Source: Candidatus Humimicrobiia bacterium
GTDB taxonomy: Bacteria > Actinomycetota > Humimicrobiia > JAHJRV01
Assembly: GCA_049647085.1 (NCBI GenBank)
Contig: JBARXA010000016.1
Span: 310,593 to 374,592 of the forward strand
Direction of reading: 5' to 3'
DNA length: 64,000 nucleotides
Numbering within the stretch: position 1 is the stretch's first letter; each line of letters opens with the position of its first letter. The notes beneath the pieces are model-generated. The model was not told the DNA's origin and did no database searches. It was given only the letters and a program-made list of their open reading frames with translations. The position numbers and the translations under genes are program-made. Shown here in pieces: positions 19,626-27,827 of this stretch.

Positions 19626-20741
19626 TTATTCTAAAACATCATCTATTGGTGTATATGCAAGTCCATGGGCATCAGCTACTGGTTTATTTGTTACTTTTCC
19701 TTTACAAACATTTAATCCTTTTTTCAATACATGATCTTCTTTTAATGCTTTCTGCCATCCTTTATTTGCAATCTGTAGTGCATATGATAAAGTTTCATTT
19801 GTTAGTGCAAATGTTGAAGTTCTTGAGAAGGCAGCTGGAATATTTGTAACACAATAATGAACAACTCCCTCCTCAATATAGATTGGATCAGAATGTGAGG
19901 TTGGTCTTGCAGTCTCAACGCTTCCACCCTGATCAATATCCACACATACTATAACAGATCCTGGTTTCATAGATTTTACCATTTGCTTTGTTACTACTTT
20001 TGGAGTTTTTGCTCCAACTATATATATACAAGCGATCAATATATCGGCATCTTTTACAGCTTGTGTAATGTTAAATAAATTTGATTTTAATGTCGAAACA
20101 TTTTCCGGCATTATTTCTTCTAAATAGCGTAATTTTCTTGTAATTTTATCTAAAATAGTAACCTTTGCACCTAAACCAGCAGCAACTTTTGCAGCATTAC
20201 GACCTACCATACCACCACCTAATATAACAATATGTGCTGGTTCAACTCCAGATACACCACTAGGCAAAATTCCTCTTCCACCTTGTGCCTTACTTAAATA
20301 GAAAGCTCCAATAAATGATGCCATTCTTCCTGAAACTTCACTCATAGGAGTTAAAAGTGGAGTTTCCCCATCATCAGTCTCTATGGTCTCATAAGCAATA
20401 CAAATCGCTTTTCTTTCCATCATAACTTTAGTAAGAGCCTCACCTGAAGCAAAATGAAAATATGTAAAAACTATTTGGTTTTCTTTAATCAATTCAAATT
20501 CTTGAGGAAGAGGCTCCTTTATTTTCATAATCATATCTGCTTTGTCAAAAACCTCTTTAGCAGTATCTAATATTTCAGCTCCTACTTCTTTATATTCATC
20601 ATCACTAATACCGCTTCCTATACCAGCACTTTTTTGAATAAATACTTTGTGCCCAGCATTAATTAGCTCAGTTGTACCAGCTGGTGTCAACGCTACTCTA
20701 TATTCATTATCTTTAATTTCTTTAGGAACACCTATGATCAT
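19626..20741 (-). CDS. ald: alanine dehydrogenase
   Basis: 371 aa; MIIGVPKEIKDNEYRVALTPAG N-terminus and NAD-binding GGGMVG motif. Confidence 0.88.
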   Translation of the reverse strand: MIIGVPKEIKDNEYRVALTPAGTTELINAGHKVFIQKSAGIGSGISDDEYKEVGAEILDTAKEVFDKADMIMKIKEPLPQEFELIKENQIVFTYFHFASGEALTKVMMERKAICIAYETIETDDGETPLLTPMSEVSGRMASFIGAFYLSKAQGGRGILPSGVSGVEPAHIVILGGGMVGRNAAKVAAGLGAKVTILDKITRKLRYLEEIMPENVSTLKSNLFNITQAVKDADILIACIYIVGAKTPKVVTKQMVKSMKPGSVIVCVDIDQGGSVETARPTSHSDPIYIEEGVVHYCVTNIPAAFSRTSTFALTNETLSYALQIANKGWQKALKEDHVLKKGLNVCKGKVTNKPVADAHGLAYTPIDDVLE

Positions 20742-21040
20742 TATTTAACCTGCCTTTCTAATTAATTATTATAATTTTAATAATTATAAATCTAAAATAT
20801 TTCACCTCCCATCTTGAATTGTTTATTGAACTAATTCATAATTTTCAAAAATCTAGTTTAAAATAAATTTCAGTTAATCAATTACTTATATCATATAAAT
20901 AAAATATGTAACACCTCCAACGACTAAAGCTGTTGGGTTTCTTTCTAATTTATTCCTAAATTTAAAAATTTAATTTTAAAAAGCTGAATGTTAAAAGAAA
21001 CACTTAGTTCTTTTTGGACTCTTCTTAATTCTTTTTGTAA

Positions 21041-21259
21041 TTATTGTTCGGTAACTTCCCGCTTAACATCAAAAGATATTTGAACTTTTACTCTATATTC
21101 AATAATTTTTCCCTCTTCAACCTTTGCCCAGGAATTTATCACATCTACTCTGTCAATACCCCTGATTGTATGTGATGCATCTGTAATTGCATTTCTCGCA
21201 GCATCACTCCAACTTCTAAAAGAGGAGCCTTCAAGTGTAATAAATTTTTTTACTGCCAT
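21041..21259 (-). CDS. dodecin-family flavin-binding protein
   Basis: MAVKKFITLEGSS...AITDASHTIRGIDRVDVINSWAKVEEGKIIEYRVKVQISF has the dodecin pattern. Start placed at the ATG 6 nt after AAGGAGGT; the track start at 21277 lies within the RBS. Confidence 0.6.
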   Translation of the reverse strand: MAVKKFITLEGSSFRSWSDAARNAITDASHTIRGIDRVDVINSWAKVEEGKIIEYRVKVQISFDVKREVTEQ

Positions 21260-21464
21260 TTTCATACCTCCTTGCATATTAAAATGATTAAGTTATTTAA
21301 AGATATTTTTACATAATTATTGATTCTATTTAAATATAATTATTATTAAATATTTTAAAAAAAGCAATTTTTATTAATTGAAAAAAGAAAAAATTTGAAT
21401 CAGTAATGTTACTACTATATTTTAAAACTAAAATTATTTATGATATCTAAAAAATATTTAGTAA

Positions 21465-21673
21465 GAGATTGCACAGTTTATTCCTTCCCCTTTCCTTCAT
21501 TCCGTTCAAGTACAGACTTTACACTCGAGCTTCAATTCCCCTCCCTTTATGGGAGGGGGTAGGGGGAGGGTTTGATGGAGATTGCCACGCCACCTTCAGT
21601 GGCTCGCAATGACAACCGGGATCTTGTTCGCAATGACAGTCAGGAACTTGCTCCGAACAGGCTGTGCAATCTC
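21465..21673. repeat. MITE-like element with 12-bp perfect terminal inverted repeats (GAGATTGCACAG / CTGTGCAATCTC)
   Basis: The terminal motif recurs at 26773 and in variant form at 19503; the interior contains the GC-rich hairpin/G4 element and GCAATGAC units. Confidence 0.55.
21533..21570 (-). repeat. GC-rich 38-nt hairpin/G4-motif repeat, copy 1 (reverse orientation)
   Basis: Exact reverse complement of the 38-mer at 62598-62635; the plus strand reads GGGAGGGGGTAGGGGGAGGG. Confidence 0.8.
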
Positions 21674-21695
21674 ATTAAAAATAGATTTTAGACTA

Positions 21696-21731
21696 TGTCA
21701 TTGCGAGGAGCGTTAGCGACATGGCAATCTC
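21696..21731 (+). repeat. unit of the GTCATTGCGAG...GCAATCTC repeat family
   Basis: GTCATTGCGAGGAGCGTTAGCGACATGGCAATCTC. Confidence 0.6.
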
Positions 21732-21788
21732 ATTTAAATTTATTATATTTAACATTTTGTTTTAGTAACAACAAAATTAAAACTTCTA

Positions 21789-21817
21789 TTGACCTTTTAA
21801 TATAATTCTTATAGAAT
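21789..21817 (+). promoter_or_regulatory. candidate sigma-70-type promoter (TTGACC, 17-nt spacer, TAGAAT) about 300 nt upstream of the APC permease
   Basis: Hexamer match by eye only. Confidence 0.3.
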
Positions 21818-22112
21818 TACAATATAAATTTAATACAATTAATATTAAAATCATTATTAATTTTATATTAATAGTTCTATTTTAAGCAACAAATTCAAAT
21901 ACATATTCGTCAAAAACCAAAATATGAACTCAAATATTGAGCAGGAATCTACTAAAGTAAGATTATCAAAATCAATATAATACTCAATAATAATATAATT
22001 GATAATCTACTAAAGAAAGGAGGCATATAGAGAATTAATTTTTTATTTGAAAGATTATTCTTTCAAATCACCTCTTGTATAAATATTTTATTAATGTTAG
22101 GAGGTTATTTTT

Positions 22113-23807
22113 ATGCAAGAAGAAAAAAAGTTATTTACTAGAAAAGCTACAGGATTAGTACGAGAAATAGGAGTTGGAACTGCAGTTCTTATAGCTATTG
22201 CTAATGTTGTTGGGTTGGGATGGCAAAAAAGAGTATTTCAGGCAACAGGTTGGGCTCCGGTTGGTGAGAGTAAATTTCTTCTTGGAATTCATCCAGTTGT
22301 AATGGCGTTCGCTATTACCGGAATAATTATTTTGGTATCATTGTACTGTTTTTCAATGTTATCAGCTGCTATGCCAAGATCGGGTGGTGGATACATATTC
22401 ATTTCCAGAATTCTAAATCCAGGCCTTGGGTTTGTAGCTACATGGTTACAGTTCTTTGCTGTTGCTGTTTCTTATGGATTAATAGCTGTTGCAACAATGG
22501 AAGCTGTCTGGCTTTTTGCAGGATTAGCTGGTGTTACACTTCCTGGATGGCTTACTAGTCCTATTGGATTATTCTTGTGGGGTGTATTAGTACTTGTAAT
22601 CTTTAGTGGTATCGCATTCTATGGAATAAAATTGACTGGAAAATTACTTCAATGGCTATTCTGGATTCCAGCATTTATATTAGTGATTGTATATATACTA
22701 TTCATTATTGCAACTCCAGGAACTATGGAGACAGGTGTTCAATCACTATTTGGTGCTAATGCTGCTGAGTATACACAAGCAGCTATTGATCAGGGAATGG
22801 CAGATACAGCAGCAGGAAATACCTACTGGGGAGCAGTTGGAACTGCAATGTTAGCAGCTTATTGGGCTTATATTGGTTATGCTGCTGCTTCATTTGTTGC
22901 TGGTGAGGTAAAAGAAGCACACAAGAGTTTACCAAAAGCTATGTTTACATCTGGATTAGTTATTATTGGTATCTATATGACTATTTCAACACTAATGGCA
23001 AGAGCTGCAATGATGGCTGGAAAAGTTGGAGATTTCTCGTTGATGTCAGCTATAGGATATCTTAATTTCGGAGGAGGAAGCTTTGCAGATGCTGGCTTAA
23101 ACTCAATTGGTGGATGGATGCCAGTTATTGGTGCAATATCAGCTGCAGGACGTGGATTTGGAGCAGGATTTATGTGGATACTGATATTATTTGCAGCTTT
23201 ATGGGTTGCTAATGACATTCCACCCTTCATTTTGACATCTTCAAGAATGATATTTGCTATGGCTTTTGATAGAGTTTTACCTGATAAATTAGCAAAAGTT
23301 AATGAGAAATGGCATTCACCAGTAAACGCAATTATTTTTGTGTCACTTGTTGCAATATTTGGTTGTGCTGCTGAAGCTGATCTTTTTGGAAAGAGCGGTA
23401 TATACTTAGGTGAATTCATACACTCAATCATAAATCCTGGTGGAGCTATTGCAGCGACTGACATATGGGATGCAATATTCTTCTTAGTTGTATGTATTGC
23501 AGCATTTTATTTCCCAATAAAAAAGCCTGATATATTTGAGAGGTCACCATTTAGAGCTAGTAAAACAGTTACTCAAATAATTGCAGCCCTGGCAATAATA
23601 GGAAATCTTATTGCTTTATGGGTATTCGCTACTAATGAACATGCGTGGAATCTTTTGAAAATAGACAGTTTGAGAGCTGCAATGCCATTCTTGTTCACAA
23701 TTTTCCTTATCGCTTTAGGGTTAGGAATCTACTTGTACTACAGTAATAAAGCCAAGTCAACAGGTGTTGAGCTAACTACAATATTTACGGAAATTCCTCC
23801 AGATTAA
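22113..23807 (+). CDS. APC-superfamily amino acid permease
   Basis: 564 aa, about 12 TM segments, Gly/Ala-rich helices typical of amino acid/polyamine/organocation transporters; TAGGAGGT RBS. Confidence 0.8.
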   Translation: MQEEKKLFTRKATGLVREIGVGTAVLIAIANVVGLGWQKRVFQATGWAPVGESKFLLGIHPVVMAFAITGIIILVSLYCFSMLSAAMPRSGGGYIFISRILNPGLGFVATWLQFFAVAVSYGLIAVATMEAVWLFAGLAGVTLPGWLTSPIGLFLWGVLVLVIFSGIAFYGIKLTGKLLQWLFWIPAFILVIVYILFIIATPGTMETGVQSLFGANAAEYTQAAIDQGMADTAAGNTYWGAVGTAMLAAYWAYIGYAAASFVAGEVKEAHKSLPKAMFTSGLVIIGIYMTISTLMARAAMMAGKVGDFSLMSAIGYLNFGGGSFADAGLNSIGGWMPVIGAISAAGRGFGAGFMWILILFAALWVANDIPPFILTSSRMIFAMAFDRVLPDKLAKVNEKWHSPVNAIIFVSLVAIFGCAAEADLFGKSGIYLGEFIHSIINPGGAIAATDIWDAIFFLVVCIAAFYFPIKKPDIFERSPFRASKTVTQIIAALAIIGNLIALWVFATNEHAWNLLKIDSLRAAMPFLFTIFLIALGLGIYLYYSNKAKSTGVELTTIFTEIPPD

Positions 23808-23846
23808 AATTCTGGTTGTTACAAACATACTATTGAAATTCGATAT

Positions 23847-23885
23847 ATCAGCTCCTGTTTAAAGCAGGAGCTGATTATCATTTAA
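23847..23885 (+). terminator. probable terminator of the permease gene
   Basis: 11-bp perfect stem ATCAGCTCCTG / CAGGAGCTGAT with a 7-nt loop; the following T-run is weak. Confidence 0.45.
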
Positions 23886-24024
23886 ATATTATAATAAATA
23901 GATAAATAAGAATAAAATAACATATTTAATATATAAAGTGAGGTCTTGTTAAACAGTTTTGCCTCGTTATATTCAGGACAGGATCTAAATAAAGCTAAGG
24001 AACTACAAAAAAACTGGAAAATAT

Positions 24025-24519
24025 ATGAAAAGAGTAATTGATTTAAGAAACTTTATAGATAATATAGAAAATCAATTAATTAAAGGAAGAGGAAAGTGGA
24101 TTGCGGAGTTCAATGAATCATTTATAAACTATTCACTTGATAATTTTGTTTTTCCATTAGTTGTTAGAGGACAAACAAGAAGTAAAGGTTTTTTACTCTC
24201 GAGATTTTTTGCTTACTTTGCCATGCCAAACTATTTGGTGTCATGCTTTGTATATCCCTCAGAAATAAATTCATATCTAAAAAAAGAGAAACTAAAAATA
24301 TTACTTATAGAGATATCTAAAATGATGAAGAAGAACAATGTAAAATGGTCCTGGCTTATCATCCCAAAAGAGGGTGAATTTAATCAAAGAATAATAAAGT
24401 GGGTTGAAAAAAATGACCTTTCTAATATTGGTATTGCTTTAGTAAACTTAAATACTAAAAATATTTTAACTAATAATTCAGTTATAGGAAGAAAAATAAA
24501 AACTATTTTAAAATTCTAA
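24025..24519 (+). CDS. hypothetical protein
   Basis: 164-aa ORF; its stop overlaps the start of the next gene (ATGA). Confidence 0.4.
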   Translation: MKRVIDLRNFIDNIENQLIKGRGKWIAEFNESFINYSLDNFVFPLVVRGQTRSKGFLLSRFFAYFAMPNYLVSCFVYPSEINSYLKKEKLKILLIEISKMMKKNNVKWSWLIIPKEGEFNQRIIKWVEKNDLSNIGIALVNLNTKNILTNNSVIGRKIKTILKF

Positions 24520-24950
24520 TGAAGAAAATATCAAAAATAAATTTTGGAGACTTAGGTAAATCATTCTCTATCTTTTTTATTCTTATAGTGACATTACGGA
24601 TTATTACAAATTTCTTATTCACAAAGATTATAATCGTAGAGTGGTGGATTTTAACAATAGAGCTAATTTTAGCTGCTATTGTATCCTATTTGTATTATAG
24701 ACTTAAATATCACCCCACCTTTAGTTATGACAAAGAAAGTTTAATTTTAGAAATTGGTAAGGAAAAAATATCCTCAAAATGGAAAGATTTTAAATTTATC
24801 TCTTTGTATTATAGCGGTTTAGGGAAAACTTCTTTAAGATTATATATAAACGATATCTATAAAGATGATTATATTGAAATCCCAGTCTCTGATTTAGGAC
24901 TTTCTCCAAAAGAATTTAGAGAAGAAGTTTCGAAATTAATTTCAATATAA
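24519..24950 (+). CDS. hypothetical membrane protein (2 predicted TM helices plus soluble C-terminal domain)
   Basis: 143 aa; hydrophobic stretches at about residues 15-35 and 40-60; translationally coupled to the upstream ORF. Confidence 0.4.
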   Translation: MKKISKINFGDLGKSFSIFFILIVTLRIITNFLFTKIIIVEWWILTIELILAAIVSYLYYRLKYHPTFSYDKESLILEIGKEKISSKWKDFKFISLYYSGLGKTSLRLYINDIYKDDYIEIPVSDLGLSPKEFREEVSKLISI

Positions 24951-24951
24951 A

Positions 24952-25899
24952 TTAACCTTCTACTCTCTGGAGTCTAAGTATTTTATCACCTTCAATTTCT
25001 ACCAAATAACCTTTAAATATACCCTCTCCATATTCACTTCCTGGATTGAAACATACAGTCCTACCAATTTTTATATATCCTGGGCTTTCATGAATGTGTC
25101 CATGAAGTCCTACTAATGGTTGGTATTTTTCAATAATTTTTCTAACAGCATGACTTCCTACTGGTATCTCCCGAGGTTTACCACCTATAACTATTATATT
25201 TAAATCTTTATCTACCATTGGTGCATAATCAAGATAAGAATCATATGGTGGACAGTGGATGCAAAATACAGCAGTCTCTAAATTCTTAACTTTAGCTACT
25301 ACCTTCTCCAATTTCTCCTCCATCTCTTCCTCTGAGCATTCTCTTGGTGAATCAAAAGGAGTAGGATTTGTCCAACCAAAACAGAGAACTTCGTGCTCTC
25401 CATCTAAGTCAACCACCTCTTCCTCACCAAATGTAATTCTTGGATCTTTCTTAATTACTTCATCAATAGCAAACTTATCATCATTTCCAGGACTCATTAT
25501 AACCTTGCACTTATCAGGTACTCTATCCGATATTAATGTTAACCAATGTTCAACAATATCACATTCTAATTTTTCGAATAAATTTTCCCTGTATTCCTCA
25601 TTATTTCCTATTTTGACACTTTCCTCCGGAGTAGTTCTATACGGAAGATATGAAGCCATTCTTACTTTTTTTTCATATTCAGGTAATTCTTCTTCAGATA
25701 GAATATACTCTCTTCCTAAAAGATGTGAAGTATATTTCCCGTCCTCCCTTTTTATAATTGGAACCATTATTTTACCAGTCATATCTCCACTTAAAACAAG
25801 AGCATCCAAATCATAAATCTTTGCAGTATTCAGAAACTTTCTCCAGACTGTTTCTGAACCATGCAAATCTGTTGCGAACATAAATCTTGTTTTAGCCAT
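24952..25899 (-). CDS. metallophosphoesterase (calcineurin-like phosphoesterase)
   Basis: Motifs ATDLHGS, LSGDMTG, GNDD and GHIHES match the dimetal phosphoesterase signature. Confidence 0.75.
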   Translation of the reverse strand: MAKTRFMFATDLHGSETVWRKFLNTAKIYDLDALVLSGDMTGKIMVPIIKREDGKYTSHLLGREYILSEEELPEYEKKVRMASYLPYRTTPEESVKIGNNEEYRENLFEKLECDIVEHWLTLISDRVPDKCKVIMSPGNDDKFAIDEVIKKDPRITFGEEEVVDLDGEHEVLCFGWTNPTPFDSPRECSEEEMEEKLEKVVAKVKNLETAVFCIHCPPYDSYLDYAPMVDKDLNIIVIGGKPREIPVGSHAVRKIIEKYQPLVGLHGHIHESPGYIKIGRTVCFNPGSEYGEGIFKGYLVEIEGDKILRLQRVEG

Positions 25900-25901
25900 T
25901 T

Positions 25902-26669
25902 TTACCTCCCCACTTCTTCAACTTCTTTATACCATTTTTTCTTTATACCAACCTTAGACCTTATTTTCCATTTCAGGCTTTTAGGTTCACCTTCTATTCT
26001 TTCAAGTATTTTATCAATTCTATCTGCAACTATTTTTCCATTTTCATCCGTCAGAGATTCAAATTCACCAAGGAAATCTTTAACTTTTTTAAGGTTGGTC
26101 GTCACTGTATAATAATACCCCCAATCTTTTGATAAGAGCTTAGATATATAGTTCATGTTTACTGTTTCTTCTTCCTTATCTCCAACATCATGCTCGAGTA
26201 GCATTATAATAGTATCTTTGATATCCTTTGGATTTATCTCTACTATCTGCATCTTTTCTAATAATATATCAGTTAGAGTGATGGTAGGGTCATCCAATTC
26301 CAATCTATTTCTAAAATCAACCTTATGGCACATATCTAACTCATTAAAAAAGATATCTACTTGCCAACCTTTTTCATCACTCCAGTAGATTTGTCTTTTT
26401 TTACCATATAATGCAAAAAATCTTGGATTTATTGGTTCATAACCTAAGTCTTTAAAAAACTCTCTCATTCCTTCTCTAAACTTTCCATATGTCATTAAAT
26501 CTATATCAGTAAGTGGTCTCTTCATTTCATCATATAGATACCTATATTTTGGACTATGATTTTTTACTGCAATTGAACCCAATAATCTAAAAATTATCCC
26601 TTTTTCTTTGCCTTTTTCAATTATCTTAAATGCTTCTTCAACAAAAGCTTTGTCTCTTTCAGGATCCAT
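25902..26669 (-). CDS. hypothetical protein, possible nucleotidyltransferase fold
   Basis: LLGS...LTDIDL followed by QVDIFF resembles the GS/DxD/D pattern of Pol-beta-type nucleotidyltransferases, but the spacing is atypical. 2-nt gap to the downstream phosphoesterase. Confidence 0.35.
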   Translation of the reverse strand: MDPERDKAFVEEAFKIIEKGKEKGIIFRLLGSIAVKNHSPKYRYLYDEMKRPLTDIDLMTYGKFREGMREFFKDLGYEPINPRFFALYGKKRQIYWSDEKGWQVDIFFNELDMCHKVDFRNRLELDDPTITLTDILLEKMQIVEINPKDIKDTIIMLLEHDVGDKEEETVNMNYISKLLSKDWGYYYTVTTNLKKVKDFLGEFESLTDENGKIVADRIDKILERIEGEPKSLKWKIRSKVGIKKKWYKEVEEVGR

Positions 26670-26772
26670 AACCCCTCCTATTTTTATTAATTATATCAGT
26701 AAAATTTAAAGAATCAATATATTGCATTACCTTTTATCACAATTACAAAATGTTAAAAATAATAAATATAAA

Positions 26773-26913
26773 TGAGATTGCACAGCCTGTTGTGGGATAG
26801 ATTGCTTCGCTTACGCTCGCAATGACATACTAGAATCTCGCTCCTCGCAATGACACATTGTCAACATATATTTTTATCATTGCGAGCAAGCTCCTGGTTG
26901 TCATTCAGGAGAG
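26773..26913. repeat. cluster of GAGATTGCACAG / GCAATGAC / GTCATTGCGAG repeat units
   Basis: Starts with GAGATTGCACAGCCTGTT, identical to the terminal repeat of the element at 21465-21673, followed by at least three GCAATGAC/GTCATTGC units in both orientations. Abuts the 3' end of the aldolase gene. Confidence 0.6.
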
Positions 26914-27542
26914 CTTTCCTTTAATATCTTTTCTAAAGCTCTTACTTGCTTATCTGATAGAATTTTAGGTTCACCTACCTGAAGAGCTTTATGATAAATT
27001 TTTGCTGATTCTTCTACTAATATCGCAATTAAAACTGCATTCGATAATGAAGAGCCTATTGTTAAAACTCCATGACTTTCTAAAAGAACTGCTGATCTAT
27101 TAGAAAGTTTTTTGAGTGATTTTTTTGCCAATTCTATTGAACCAGGAAGTGCAAAATCCACAACGGGAATATCTCCACCTACTGAAAAGAAAGTCTCAAT
27201 ATGTATAAGAGGAATGCTCTTTTTAAGTACAGCAAAGCATGCGGCATATGGAGAATGCGTATGAGCAATTCCAAAGATATCCTCCCTATTTTTATAAATT
27301 TTTAAATGAATGGGAGTCTCATATGATGGTTTATTTTTACCTTCCACTTTATTTCCATTTATATCTAAAACTACAATGTCATCTGGATTTAAAAATTCCC
27401 TGAATACTCCATGTGGAGTAACAAAAATATATCCCGTTTCTTTATCCCTCAAACTAAAATTACCAGTTGTTGGGACAACTAATCCTAATTTTTCAGATTT
27501 TTGAGCCCAGAAAATAACTTCATTTTTTAAATCTTCATACAT
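26901..27542 (-). CDS. class II aldolase/adducin-family protein (fuculose-phosphate aldolase / ribulose-5-phosphate 4-epimerase-like)
   Basis: 213 aa with the HTHSPYA metal-binding motif. Confidence 0.75.
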   Translation of the reverse strand: MYEDLKNEVIFWAQKSEKLGLVVPTTGNFSLRDKETGYIFVTPHGVFREFLNPDDIVVLDINGNKVEGKNKPSYETPIHLKIYKNREDIFGIAHTHSPYAACFAVLKKSIPLIHIETFFSVGGDIPVVDFALPGSIELAKKSLKKLSNRSAVLLESHGVLTIGSSLSNAVLIAILVEESAKIYHKALQVGEPKILSDKQVRALEKILKESSPE

Positions 27543-27590
27543 TTTTCCCGGAATACCCTTTCTTTATTTAATAAAAATTTTTTTAATAAA

Positions 27591-27644
27591 GTAGGGCAAT
27601 CCTTTAGGGTTGCATTATCAAGCAAGACTAAAGTCTTACCCTAC
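27591..27644 (-). other. structured element: closing stem GTAGGG/CCCTAC enclosing two hairpins, followed by a U-tract on the minus strand
   Basis: Hairpins GCAAUCC-UUUA-GGGUUGC and AAGAC-UAAA-GUCUU inside a 6-bp closing stem, between tRNA-Leu and the aldolase start. Confidence 0.4.
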
Positions 27645-27704
27645 AAATAAATATATTCAGTCTTGTACTACATAATTAATAGTTAAAAAATCCACTTAAA
27701 AAAG

Positions 27705-27792
27705 TGGTGTCGGAGGGGGGACTTGAACCCCCACGAGCTACTCACTCACAAGGTCCTCAACCTTGAGCGTCTACCAATTCCGCCACTCCGAC
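27705..27792 (-). tRNA. tRNA-Leu (GAG)
   Basis: 88 nt with long variable arm; anticodon stem CAAGG/CCUUG, loop UUGAGGA; CCA encoded. Confidence 0.88.
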
Positions 27793-27827
27793 ACAAATTA
27801 ATTATATCAAAATAATTTTGTATTGAT

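Noticed and set aside
21481-21590. Pyrimidine tract followed by purine tract as an independent H-DNA/triplex element
   Set aside because: It is part of the MITE-like element and the G4 repeat; treated there rather than as a separate feature.
22973-23464. 163-aa minus-strand ORF
   Set aside because: Antisense to the APC permease; open frame explained by GC-rich Ala/Gly codons on the sense strand.
25259-25816. 185-aa plus-strand ORF
   Set aside because: Lies entirely antisense within the metallophosphoesterase gene, which has intact catalytic motifs; Ser-rich low-complexity translation.
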